Assembly: GCF_009834535.1 (NCBI RefSeq)
Contig: NC_045697.1
Location: forward strand, 93,126,001-93,190,000
Reading direction: 5' to 3'
DNA length: 64,000 nucleotides
From: Camelus ferus
Lineage: Eukaryota
Shown: positions 11,321 to 25,070 of the stretch, piece by piece
How the letters are laid out: each line of letters opens with the position of its first letter
Position numbering within the stretch: the first letter of the stretch is position 1
Translations under genes and position numbers: made by a program
The notes under the pieces: model-generated
Databases searched by the model: none
The model's input: only the letters and a program-made list of their open reading frames with translations
What the model was told of the DNA's origin: nothing

Positions 11321-14300
11321 AATGTCTCCAGACAACTGAGTTAGCTGTCCATTAGCCTTCTCAGGGTGGAATAGCGTGACAGAAGCAACAGTCAGCAAAC
11401 AACATTTCCTGGATGTCTGTGTATATGAGTAAGTGAATGATGCATTAAATATGATACACATTAACATGCATCTAATTAATTAGGTTCTTATGCCTGATAA
11501 AAGAATAATGAGAAACTCTAAAAGATATTGCTTTGAGATATTTCCCTCTGGACTCATTTACAAGCTAACAGAAGGATGTAAATCTGGTAATCGGTAAAAT
11601 TTGCATATTTGTGAAAGAAAGATCTGTAAGATGATAGATCTCTAAGAAATTTGCTCTATTGATATTTTATAAGTTCATGTCATGGGATGGTGAATCCATC
11701 TGGGAGAAAAAGCCTTCCTAGAAAATTTGAGTCTAAACACATTGAAATGTAATAATATCCATTGTGATACATTCAAGATGCATATAAATTCCATATTAAG
11801 AAAGCTTCACTTGACGTTGATTTTGTATTTTTCTGTGCACATCACAAAGGGGCCTGCACTTAGAAGCTCATGAGTGTATTAATATGGTAATAGTGTTAAT
11901 GCAAGAATGTTTGAAGATCTCTAAAAAATAAAACGGCTACTTCCCCTTAGATTATAGGAGTAGTATTTGTTAGTACATATAAAATTAAATCTTTCAAAAT
12001 ACTAAAAACTTAACATCTTTTGCTTCAACTGAATAAGAGGAGTTTATAACTTGGGGACCATGTCTGGCAGTCAGGGTTTCGACTACACCCCCTCCACACT
12101 GTAAGAAGACTAATGCATGAATGAACACATGAGCACTCCACAGAGAAGAGGCCACGATAAAACAGGACTTTTAAAAGAATCTTTGATCAAAAATGATTCA
12201 GAGGCACAGTTTTACATGAAAGGATCAAGAACCTTGATTTTTGACAAGGTTAAGAATACCCTTATAGATGTGTACCACTGAATATTAATAACGGTGATAT
12301 CTTCTTTTAAATACTCTTTGTAATGTTACTTTTCAGATAGGAATCAGGCCTCTGTGCTTGTTATATTTTCTATGCAGAAGATCAATCTTTACCATTTATC
12401 ATCTTACCATTTAAATATACTTATCTATTGTTTCCAGTCTCTGCTCCTCTTTGATCACTTTGTCTAAACTAACTACTTTATCCACCCTTCACTGTCCCTT
12501 TATTCTGCTTCTGTACCTTACACATACACAGATCATGAGGTTGGTGATATGGCATGTTCACTACCATGTCTTCAGTTACCAAAATACTTCATAGGAGCTC
12601 AGTAAATAATTAGTAACTGTTGAATACTAAATGAATGACATGGGGGAAAGTTCCCTATCCAACCTAGTACTGATATTAGACCAAGATCAATGTTCAACTT
12701 AGCCCAACACCTTGCATGTCCATCATAATATTTCATAAATAAAACATCAATCAATACATATTTTTAAACTATAAACATACATATGATGAGACATTTCCAT
12801 GGAGATAAAATAATAGAATAAAAGTAACTTACAATTGAATATAATGAGTAGAACTTGGGATGAATGAAGAAGAAAAAACACCAAAATTACCAAAACTTAA
12901 ATTATATTTGAAAACAATTCAAGGAAAAATGTAAACTACAGTAAGAATCAGTATGTTTATGGTCAATAGTAAAATAGTGCAAATATTTTAAAATAAAACT
13001 ATCTTGGCTATTTTGTTCTAATTTCATTGCTTATTTTAATGTTGATTTTAGTCCCCAAAGAATAAAAGAATAATTTCCAAAAGAACATTTTTGATAACCA
13101 TAGAGATAAACTAATAGATAAATAGCATACTTATGATCTTTTAGGAATTATTATATTTAATAACAATAAAATATTGATGTATTTCAAATAAAATAATTTT
13201 CATAAGACCATTTTATTTGTCCTTATATTTTTAAAGTAATTGATATATTCCTCTATTAAATCAAAAATTAAATGATTATTTTAAAAGAAAGTTCATGTAA
13301 GACTCACTGGTATGCCAGTGAAGTAATAAAAATTAAGTCCATACTCTATATTACAAATTTTGCTCATTTTCAGAAATTACAGCATGAACAACACAAACAT
13401 ATCTATTTTTTTTTTTTTAGAAAAATTGTGTTCTGTCTGAGAGAGATATTGAAAAATACAACTAATTTAAGAAGCAATGCTTTATGATAAAATAAAAAAG
13501 GCTGTGAGGGGTGAGTTATAATATTTCATTATATACATATATAATACAAATAATCTGACTATCCAAATTATTGTGCTCAATTAGTGCATCCACTATCTGT
13601 TTTATTTTCTCTCTCTTGCTCTCAAAGTTTCCAGAACTACCCCAAGAGTAAAAACTCTATTTCTACAATGCATCTTAGAAATCTTTTCTTTTTCACCTCA
13701 TGTAGGCTCTACACACAGAAAAACAATCTCTCCAAAGGGCCAAATAGTTTACTTCAATTAGTCACTTGTTTTAAAAACAGAAAAGAATGAGCCTGATATT
13801 TTACTTGATTTCTCTCCTTTAATAAAATCCTTAAATTCAACTAATGTAAGAAAATTAAGTTTACATTTAGTCTTGAATTTTTCAACCATATACTCATGTG
13901 GCCTTAAATTCTACAACTTGGCTTTACATTTTTACAACAATATATTTTCATTTAGGAGATGACAAGAAATAGTGGCCAGAGAACGCTAGGTTTGAAGTAA
14001 AGCAACAATTTGAAAATCTCACTCTTCTTCAAAACACAGTCTCCTTTCTGTGCCCCTGGATGTCCAAAGTATCCACAGCAATACTTTATGATGAGGCTAT
14101 TGTGTTCTGTATTTTTTCCAGGCTACACACATACCTATTAAATAATCATTTCACATCTGCTCTATAAACCATATTATGATCAATAAAACATGTGCAATCT
14201 GAGATTTGACATCAGGTGAATCACTAGGACTCATAGAGCTCAGACAAAACTTCAGCAATGATAAAATGTGTCCCTTTTTGCATCAGTACGAACTGACTTC

Positions 14301-16458
14301 TATCGGAATCTATAGGAATTATGTTAAAAGAGAAAATAATCTCCAGCACATGATTTCAAAAGAGAAAACTAGGAGGATTAGTATATTTAAATACAGAAAC
14401 TCAAGAGTTCAGAGTTTGAAATCGCATAGTCCTTTCTCAACATTGTAATTATCACTTTGAAAATTTCTTTGAAAGTACTCCTTTATTTTAGTATACAATA
14501 GTATACCGGATTATAATTACTTTTTGGTGAGAAATTAAATTATACATATTGGGAAGCATCAATATTTTGGCAAGTCACAAAATAAGCAATAGTCTCACTA
14601 CAAGAGTCATGCCATTTTACATTATGAAAAACAATGGGTGTCTTTGTCACTTTTTATTTTTTGGCTAAGATGATACACATTTTCCAAGTTCCTAAAATAT
14701 ATTATTATAAATTCTCCCCCTAGCTATTTAATTTTATTGGACATACATACTTTGAAAAGTAAATTATTATAAAAATTTTAAGAATGATGAAATAAACTTC
14801 TACATCTGACATTCTTATAATGTAACAGGGTATATATTTAATGCTCCTTCCAATACACTGAAACAGAGAAATGCCTTCTGTTACCATGCATTTATACACA
14901 ATCATAGAATATTTTTATATTAAAGTTGAGTGACATTATAAATTATGTAATGTCTATATATATATATGGTTGTGTGTGTGTATTCTTTCTTTTTTAATCT
15001 GACTGGAGAATGTCAAGATTTTAAATTATGATTACATGAGTTTGTCTTTTTCAGCTCTCTTATTTTACTAGTAGAGAAGCTTATGTTTTTCTAAGGTGAT
15101 TTTGGGGTAGTCCTCATTATGGCATATTTCTAAGAATATATTTAACAGCAAAAAAAATTTTTTTTCAACCAGTAGGGTTTTATTGTTGAAGATTATGCCT
15201 GTAGCATAACTTGGGAGAGTAGCAGACTTTTATTTATAAATACAGATAAAATAATCACTACTAATACCAATTCACTTCAGATTTATTGCATAAAAATAAA
15301 CAAGTATATAGGTCTTATATATGAGTAATAATTTAATACTGTTATATCATCATAAGTGCAAATTATATCCAAGAAACTAGATTAATGAAGCATAATGAGT
15401 AAGATCAGTAATTATACACAAGTCAGCATATTCCAAACAAAAGTTATTTAGCTACCTTTTTTACCCTTTTTCTAACCCCTTTTGTAAATCATTAGGTTAT
15501 CTCTCTTTTTTTAAATATGAATTTCAACATACAATTCAAGACTTTTTTATTTAAGAAGACAGAATAAAACAGTCATAGTTGAATACTGTTTTAAGAAAAC
15601 AGAACCAAACCACCTTTTGAAAAATCTGCCAAGATTTTTTAATAATCTAAATTCACCATCAATTGTATATGAAAATAATTATCTTTCTGGAGTAAGCAAA
15701 TAAGCATTTTAGTTTGGTCATGTAGTGAACTGAATTATTTTGGTATGTCATCTTGCATCATTTTGACAAACTAATTAAACTAACTTCATTTGTATGAATA
15801 CAGAATTATAAAATATGTAGTTTTCAGTTCTTGTTTCAGAAATCAGCTCATTTGTCTGTGTGGCTGACCAACCGAACATTGGTACAGATGACTCCTCACT
15901 TCTAAGACTAAAGTTCTATCTGGAAGTTGTTGGCCATTCAGTGGGACTTATCTTTTGACTGATTCCCTCTCTGTATTTTACAATTTGGAGAAATAGTGTA
16001 AGGACAAAGGCAAAATGGTTAAACACTACACAAAGCAAGTGGTGACTCCCATTGATATTCTGTCTGACTCAATAACTAAGTTTTAAGCTCCTTCAGAAAA
16101 GAAAAGGTATCTATTTTTTTTCAGTAGTTTCCAGTTATTCACATTATTCAGTGAGTATATAATACTTCTGCTGAAAGTAATCAGAGTTGAAAGGAGCTAC
16201 TTGATGTTACTTGATATGTGAGAATAATTGAAAATTACTATTTGTAGGCAGAACTTCCAAACGAATGTATTTAATACTTTGTTTTATTCATTAAAATTAA
16301 TAAAAAAGTAAAATATTTTTAAATTGTGGATCAGTAGCACAGCTTACTTAAATAACCATGATTACCATAGTAAAGGTAGAGCATGACATGAGTATCAAAG
16401 TTCAGAGCTGGAAAAGATAACATCAAGTTTGATGGGGTTAGGAATGCTACACGTAATA

Positions 16459-16521
16459 TGTATTAGCTTGCTAGGGCTGCCATGACAAAGTAGCGCAGTT
16501 TGGGTGGCTTAAACTGCAGAC
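16459..16521 (-). mobile_element. MaLR (MLT1-like) LTR end, truncated
   Basis: tgtattagcttgctagggctgccatgacaaagtagcgcagtttgggtggcttaaa is the typical MLT1 terminus. Confidence 0.8.
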
Positions 16522-18025
16522 GGTTACGTTATCCAATAGAAGTCTCCACAGATCATTGCGAGGAGTCCGGAGGTGTTCTGTCACATCAAGCAGTCATGAG
16601 AGGCTTCATCAGTGATTACGAGAAGAAGAGCAGCTGGGTTAAAATCATTACAACTTAAAAGAGTTCTGTGAGGAGCAGTTAACAAAAGGATTTCATAGGA
16701 GGTGAGGTGGCTGGCTGCAAAACGTTCAGTGTGATAAGAATTCAGGAGAATGTCTACCGCATGGGTTACAAAAAACGGCTAAAGAGGAATCCACAATGAT
16801 TTTCTTGGTGGCCTTAATCAAAAGGGCAGTGGCAGTATTGGCTCTAAGGAAAAGGGGGATATCCCTGCACCACAGTGTCCAGTTGTGGCTAAAACAACCA
16901 ACGGGTCGCTGGTGCGCCCCATGTTTTTTCAGGTGACTACACCAAGAACATGCCTTTCTTTTTCATTTACAAAAGGAAAGGAGAATCTGATCATTGGGAT
17001 GCCCAAAGGCAGGTGGATTTATCAAACTCTCCTTTAAAGTCTTGAAAGCTATGTTGTGGGGTTCTTCCTGTAAAATTGGGACAAGGTTGTTACTTTTGAG
17101 TAAAACATATAAAGGTTTGGCCATAAGAGAGATTACTGGAATCCAATTTTGGCAATAACCAACAAGACCTGAGGGTTTTGGGAAACTTCTGACATCATGA
17201 AGTCTATCTGGATCTCAGTGTAGCCCTTATTTTGATATTAGATGTCCTAAATATCAAACCTGGTTTTAGGCAAACTGCAATTTTTTTTGAGAACTTACTT
17301 CCTTCAAGGCTAAAAGCTTTAGCAAGCGGATGCTGCCTTCCTGTGAGCAGGCTTGAGAAGGAAAGCAAAGGAGCAACTTATTCACATATTGCAACAAAGT
17401 AGAGCCTCTAAGAAACTTTACATCATATAGAACAGCTTTCAGGATTTCTGAGAAATAAAAATAACTCTTAACAAAACCCTGAGGCATTATGTCCCGGAAT
17501 TATTTCTCTTCCTGAGTGAAGGCAAAAATTATTGGCGAGCTTTATCACCTGGAATACTAGAGAATGCACTGCATAAGTCAATTACAATAAAGAATTTGCT
17601 TCCGATGGGAACGAACGTTATTAACACGTGAGGGTTAGGAAAAACAGGGTATTGAGGGATAATAACGTTGTTTACTGCTGGGAGATCCTGGACAAGCCTC
17701 CACTCTTGGCCCTTAGTTTTCTCACAGGTAATATGAGAGTTACAGGGCTGAGTACAAATGCCAATGAGACCTTAAGCCTTATAATCTTCTATTATTGGTT
17801 TTATACCTTGAAGGGCTTCTTTACTTGTAAGATATTGATTAATTCTGAGAAGAGGTTTTGAGGAGTCTATTTGAATTTTGATGTGAGATGTACTGTTAAT
17901 TTTGCCAAAATTACTCGAAGATTTTGTCCATAAAGAAAGTGGTAGCTAATTCAATAGGGAGAAAGGATCAGTGTTTCCAGAATCTGCTTTAGTACCATCA
18001 GACAGACAAATAAAAGATGTCAAGG
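16522..18025 (-). pseudogene. pol: Inverted ERV1 pol fragment (pre-RT through RT and connection), same family as the 261-6824 provirus, no LTRs
   Basis: The minus strand encodes WRLVQDL, IVIDLCSAF and MPQGF..STLLQYVNKLLL (ORF 17266-17487). The reverse complement aligns by eye with ~2985-4450. Confidence 0.92.
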
Positions 18026-21000
18026 GCCACGCAACAATCTAAAGCAAGATAACGCCTCACTTGGTCTAACGAATTTGCCTCCTATTGGTGTCTGTTCTTG
18101 CTACATGGCCTCCTTCAGTGTATTTTTTCTTGGTCACGTGAATGGTTCTTTTAAAAATGTGAATCAGGTAATACCACACCACTGCTCAAAAATGACCAGG
18201 GGATGCTCTGGTCTTTAACATGTGCTAGAATGACTTTCTCTCACAATAAGCTTAGTGAAGGTAGAAACTACTTTTAATTTGTTCATCGCCATTTATCCAG
18301 AGCACAATATTTCATATAGAGAGAATGTCTAAAAACATAAATAATTAAAATAATGAATCCATTTTTGTTAACACTGTTGGGAAGAAGGGGAATAATTGTT
18401 AAAGGTACATTGCAAAGGATCTCCAAACATCATTATATATTATTTCTTAAGTTCTGTTACGAGTATGTAGGCATTTGTTATTTATATTTAACTTTACATA
18501 AAGGTTTGTATATCTAAAATATTATATTAAATTTAGAGGGGGAGAGTAATTTTATGTACTTGAATTTGCCAAACAAGTATTCACCTTTTTTTCTAAACAT
18601 ACACTCTTAGTGTGGTTGGCTAAGTTTGGGGTATAAAGGAGGCTAAGTTATGACATTATTGTTTTTCTGAAGGAAGGGAGGTTGAGGGGGAAGTGTGATG
18701 AAAGCAAATGTGTATTTGTTGATTGTAATATACAGTAAGACCACATATCAGCCCAGAGACACTTACAGATACAAGGCTGTAAGCACTGTGAGCACAGTTA
18801 TCATGTCTTAATCGTCACCATATGCATCATCTAACACAACACCCCAATGTTAAATAAATATTTCTCCAATCAATAGATAACAGGATGAATAAATGGAAGA
18901 ATGGATAGACAATCAGATTTCATATAGAATAAAATGAAGATAAGAGTTAGAGATTACATATCTTATAGTGCACAATTATTGTTTTCTCTAATTAAGGTAG
19001 CTTCCCATCAAAATGTCATGTAAAAGAATCATGATAAATTAATTCATAAAAATTATAACCTATGGACATTTTCCCTACATACAGCTTTTTAAAATCTGGA
19101 TCTCTAAACATGATCAAAGTATCTTAGAAATAAATTTAACATGCTCATCATTGTATTAAGTTTAAGATGCTTCATATTTATTTACATTACTGTTTATATT
19201 TAAAATATTCTCCATCTTATGTTAAAATGTGTAAAATAAACTCTCAGTATTGACTTCCTAAACTAAAAAGCAAAAATGTCAGGGGCATCCTGTGCATTCT
19301 TTCTCAATGTTGCATAAAACAATGGTTGAAAGAGGAGGTTCTCAAAATTGAACTGCAAATCAATGTATCATTGTCAAAATACACTAAACAATATAATGTT
19401 TACATGAGTTGATAAACCAAGGATACAGTTTGAAGACATTTATTTCATACATTTTCACTAGGGAATGTAAAATAATATTTCCACCCAAATGCTGGCTGCT
19501 GCAGGAGTTCCAATCAATAGCAATTATTATGTATGTGAAATAGATGGTGAAATATTCACAATGAATGCATTCACAGAAATAGTAACTGAAAGTGAATTAG
19601 TGTGGTCTGGAAAGATAACACCACAGAGAAATAAGACTAAATGAAGACCAGATCAAAACAATGTTAACAGTGACAAGAGCAACTACAAGGACCAAGTCAA
19701 TATAACAAGCAATGTTTCCCACAGGAGAGCAAAGTGGTCTGAGGGACTGAGATCACCTCCAAAATTTTAAGTACTAAAATATCTATACCCATCACTGAAT
19801 TTATATGTATATTTAAATAAAATTCATGAAACTAGAGGAAGAAATGGAGTCACACTAAATGTTGGAAAAATATTTCACCTTGTTAACAATAAACAAGATT
19901 ATGAGTGAATACTTAATCCTTCATTCTTACATATTTTCTTCTTAAATTTTCTAAAACTAATCACATCTCTAATTAGAATATAATTAAAATGTATTATTTT
20001 AAAATAGTTTACAAGGCAGAAAATACCTTTAACGTGTGATAATGTATAAGGCAGAACAAACGGCCATATCTAAAAGACAAAATGAAGTCAAAGGTATTTG
20101 TGCAAAGCATTTGTAATTATTATTAGTTAATTATTTTCAATTAAAATAGATATACTTACATGTCTAATAAATATACATTGAAATTAAACTTAATTTTAAA
20201 TGATTTTCTATTAATATATTTTTCACTTGAAAATATAATTTGCATTATTTCCTAAATTCATTTAAATGTTTATAGGTAATACTAAGTAGTATTTCTTAGA
20301 AAGATAGCCCAACCAAAAAAACAATTAACAAGGTAAGTTACCTTTTTTATATGATTCCATGTTGTTAAGTCTCTTCCCCTTTTCTTTATTTCCACATAAC
20401 ATATTACTATGTTTGTCAAATCTTTCATATGCTACATTATATAATTATGAATGCACTTCGATAATTTTATAATATTTATTCAGTTTGGCCAATCAGATTG
20501 AAAGGTATCCAAGAATCCAAATTTTCAATCAAGAATTGTATTCTTAGGCTCATTTGTGCTTACAAACCAGCTATAATAAACATTTAAGGGAAATCAGAGC
20601 CTTTGTCAAATTATTCAGGTATTTGCTCAGCTCCCTTATCTATATACCCATCTAGCTACCTATGGAAAATGTGCTCTATCAAAAATACATTTTTTTTTAA
20701 GATTCTATCTAGAAAATTAAAGATATTATGTTATTTTATATTTTTAAAAGGAGAAGCACACTGGGTATTTCTTCATTAGGGAAACGCATACAAGTAGTGA
20801 TAATGTAGACAGGAAAATTGCCGTGTACTTTAGGGTTCTATTTGGATCAGAAACTATGAAAGCTATTTCATAACATTTTTTTTATTTCTTTTTTTTTCTG
20901 GTTAAAATATAAAGGTAAAATAAATTTATATTTAATTATTTACTTTCAATTTCCCAGATGGACTTTGAAGTTTTTTTTATATGAAGTCATAAGTAATCAA

Positions 21001-22349
21001 AACAACTGTATCAAAAGAAAAAATTATTATTTATACAAGAAAGATACGTGTATATCAATAAATTAAAGGGGACTTTATTGCAGTTTTCATTTCAAAACAG
21101 GTGACTCTTCACCCTGCCTTATTCTTCCTGTCAACCATTTGTAGAATTCCTAATTATTACAAAAAGAAGATACCAGATTTTACTAATGGTCTAAAAATCA
21201 TCAATCTCTTTTCCTATACAGAACCTTACCTATGAATAAAAATAGTGCTGTTGCCAAATAGGAATGCTTAAATTTTCCATAAAATGCATTTCCACATAAG
21301 CATGGGGGTAAACCAGTAGCTGGTGCAGTGCTTTTGTAATTTACGAAGGAGAAAATGGTGTTCAGAGACGTTAGTGGAATTGTGCCAAGTCTATGGCTAG
21401 TAATTACACAGGTGGGCTTTTCACTCAAGTCAACCTTGAACTAGCCTGAATTTCTTTCACTGCTCTGTATTTTGTGCGCTTCATTTGTTTCATGTCTTCT
21501 CTTCTTGGATGGAAAAGAGTCACTATTCCATGTTTCATGAGGAGGAACTACAGGGATAGGTAAGAAATATACCAATGTGCTAACATTCTTAAATACCTTC
21601 TACTAACTGAAAGGAACAGAAGTGAGGTCTGCGCCCCTCCCAAACTTCTAAAAGTCCGTGACATTTTCTGCAATTTACAACATGATTATGAAAATTGGGA
21701 AATGAAACATTATTATAAGAAAGATCATTACTATTAGAGAAATGATTAATTGATTATAAATTTAATTTAGAAGTGATTATATATTAGAAATGCAAGTTCT
21801 TAGTCAGAAAAGTTTTAATTACTAAGTAGTCTGAGATTTAAGATAAGTGCATGATGAAACGCCTAAGTATAAGCTTGTGGATGTGAGAAGCTGCCTAAGT
21901 AATTTGAAGAAATAATTAAATAGATTAAAAAAATATGACTGAAAAATAAGCATTCATTATTGTGAGGCCATGTTTAAAGCAGAATAATTGTACATTTCTC
22001 AGGAAGTCTGTACCTTTTAACATAAATGTATTTACCCAGGTTACAACCCAATCTGTAGAGTCCATAAAAATACTCACGTCAAGTAGGACCACTGATTAAA
22101 ACCCAAGAAGAAAGAAATTGAAGGAAAACAATAAATAATACTTTCATCTTGTTTGGGATTTATTCATCATTATTCCATGCTTCCTCCTCTAGTAACCTAT
22201 AAGAAGGTCAAAATTTCACACTATATTTAACTACAAGAGCTAACTATAAAGACTTCCCTAAATACAATTAGGTCTGTAGGTTTTTGTTATTCTACTATAG
22301 ATAGAAAAAATACAGTCAAAATATTCTTACCTTAGTGGATTAAACTTAG

Positions 22350-23270
22350 TCCTTTATTCAGCAAATATGTATTAAGTGCCTCCTTTGTCTCAGACACTGT
22401 TCAAGGTATTGATGGTGCATTGGGTTGCAAAATAGTTAAACATCCTTGTTTTCAGCAATCTTTCTACTCTGGGGAGACAGACATATGCTACCTAAATAAA
22501 CACATACAATTAAAGACTGTGATAGGTGCTATGAGGGAAGATAAATCTGGGGGTAGTTGGCTTCAAACAATGGTCAATGAAAGACTCATCTTCACGGTAT
22601 AATCTGAACACAGTGTGGAAGCCAGTAACACAAGCATCTGAGGTGACACACGGCACATGGGAAGGCTCTGAGGGAGGAGTGTGTGTGTGGATACACTCCA
22701 AGAATAGTGCAGAAGTCATTGTGGCTGGAGCTGAGTGTAGCAATAGTAGAGTAGAGCTAGTGGGTAGAGACATGCCTAATATTGGACTTAGATATTTTAT
22801 TCACAATTAAAAAGTAAATTCTAGAATGTTAAAAATTTAAGAAGATCTTACTCATGCTTGGAAAGGATCTACTGTTGCCAATGTTTTGACAACGCAGTGT
22901 AAGAAAATAAGAATAATAAAAGGGAGGCCAGTTATGAGGTCCTTGCAATAATCCATGTTACCATGACAAATGCTTGGATCAAGGTGGTGGTGGTAGACGT
23001 AATATTGGAGGTGATAAAAATCAGCAAGGTTTTCTCATAGAATATATATGGGTTATGACAGGGAGGAATAATACAAAAAAAAAAAAAAAGTGTTTCCAGG
23101 ACTTGGAGTCTGAGCATATATAAGGATGGAGATGCCACTTAAGGATGCAGGAAAGATTTAGGAGAAAAGCAGGTTGCAGAGAGGGGATAGAGGTCAGACA
23201 GTTTTTGTACAGTTAATTTTGAGAAGTTATATAAATTTTAAGTGGATATCTTGCATAAATTATTGATATA
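22350..23270 (-). mobile_element. L2 LINE, 3' part
   Basis: ttattcagcaaatatgtattaagtgcc tail, gtggctggagctgagtg, ttgcaataatccatg..cttggatcaaggtggtggtggtaga. Confidence 0.8.
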
Positions 23271-24355
23271 GGACTTCAGGTTTCAGCTCCAAAATATAGG
23301 GAGCTTGAAAGTCCTCACTCCTATCCTTACAACAAGAAAAAGCTGAATAAACTGAAAATCAGTGACTTTTCTTGAGGACTCATCAGAGAACTGAGGTCAT
23401 AGGGCAAACTCCCACCCCCAAATCTGGAGAGACAGGCAAATCCAGAGGGTCACAGCCAAGATTTGCTCACCTGGAGCAAAAGCGGTTACAACCATAACTG
23501 ATAGAAACACTTAAACGGTAATTTGATGAATTGCTGAAGGCTGAGTGGAAGCTAAGGTGACAGTAAGAAATTTCTCTGGTCATATTTTTATAGTCCCCTC
23601 GCATACCAATTTGATGGGTTTTACCTCCAGACACCCCCTCCCCCCTCCAGATTCTGATAGGAGACAAGAAAGGTCCCTTTGTACTTTTGGTAGAGGGAGA
23701 AGAAAAATAACCATTGCGAAATATGTCCAGAGATTTCTCCACAACAAAAGCCTACTCTCCAGGAGAAAACACTTTAGGAGAGTTCCCTTCCACCTGGGGG
23801 AAACACATTTATCTGTCTCCATCCTCTATCCCTCCTGTCCACCCTCTCTCCTTCCTGTCTTACCTAAACAATGGTGATGGTAAGAAACACTTATGAAGGT
23901 CACAGACCAGACACAGAAGGCCATTAAAGACAGAAACCTAAACATAGGACTATAGAATGATGCTTTTCCCTGACGCCTCACTACCACATCATTAGGACTC
24001 CAGTAGCCAGTATATTAACAGTAGATTGCAGCTCAAAGAGCTGCAATGCATAAATTCTATTTAAGAAGGAATCCTTAAAGAAGTCAAAATACAATAACGG
24101 GGAAAAAAACAAGACAAGAAGAAACTGAAGCCTCTGTTACTTACAGCTACAACAAGCATTAAACACTGCCCAACCACCAGATGGAATAACATAAAACCTC
24201 ACATTAAAGGGCTATGTGCATCAGTTCCTATTACTGGACGCATCGTGTCTAGCTTTCAACAGAAATTTTTGAGAAAATGCTAAAAGTCAAGAAAAAAAGT
24301 CAGACCTGAACTCAGATATGACATAGATTGAGGAATTATCAGACAAGGAGTTTAT
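23271..24355 (+). mobile_element. Old L1 5' region (L1MD/L1MC-like) nested in the L2
   Basis: caagaaaaagctgaataaactgaaaatcagtgacttttctt..tcagagaactgaggtcatagggcaaac..aatctggagagacaggc. Ends at the pre-ORF1 motif tcagatatgacatagattgaggaattatcagacaaggagttta. Confidence 0.75.
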
Positions 24356-24359
24356 ATTG

Positions 24360-25070
24360 TGGCTATACTAATCTGGAGTTCAAGAAGAAACCTTCATTGA
24401 AGACATTAAATTGTTTTCAGTTTATTTGGTGTTTTAGATTCATAAGACTGGATTAGAGCACTTAGAGAGTAAATGATAACGAAGAGGTGTGAGGACTGAG
24501 CTCTGGGGCCCTCCAACGTTTAGAAACGCGGGAAGAACCAGCAGTGGAGATTGCGATTCATGTAAGTGAAAACCAGGAGAATGTAGGTTTTGGAATACAG
24601 TCAAATTGAGTGTTTTAAGGAGGAAAGTGGGCTCTCCTGTGGTAATTCATGAAGATAGGTCAAGTAAGAGGAGACCCAATCAGTCACTGGATCATATTTA
24701 AAGCATCAGTGGGATCATTGATGAACTTACAAGAGAAGATTTAGTAGGCGATGGTGGTAAAGGCAAATTGAAGTATATGGAAGAGAGAACTGAGAAGAAT
24801 GAGACAGACAATATAAACTTTTTGGATTAGTTTTGTTGTAAAGAGAAAGAAAAAATAAGGTTGTATAAGTTGAAAAATGTGGGTTGAGAAGGCTTTATTT
24901 TTAATATGATACAATAATTTTAACTTTTTGTGCATTATAAAATAGATGATAATGATTGATAATGTAAAAATGTAAGGAGATCATTTGTAGAATATTATGC
25001 CTGAGGAGGCCGGGTAAGATGGGACAAAGTATTCAGGAGGAGGGCTTGACCATAGACGAATGCACAGTTT
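24360..25070 (-). mobile_element. L2 LINE, continuation after the L1 insert
   Basis: tctggagttcaag..ataagactggattagagcac..aggactgagctctgggg continues the L2 collinearly. Confidence 0.7.

Noticed and set aside
17370..17480. APOBEC3 hypermutation of the inverted pol copy (YVDD to YVNK, GA>AA changes)
   Set aside because: Only about three candidate changes among many other substitution types. It would need a consensus-based count to test.
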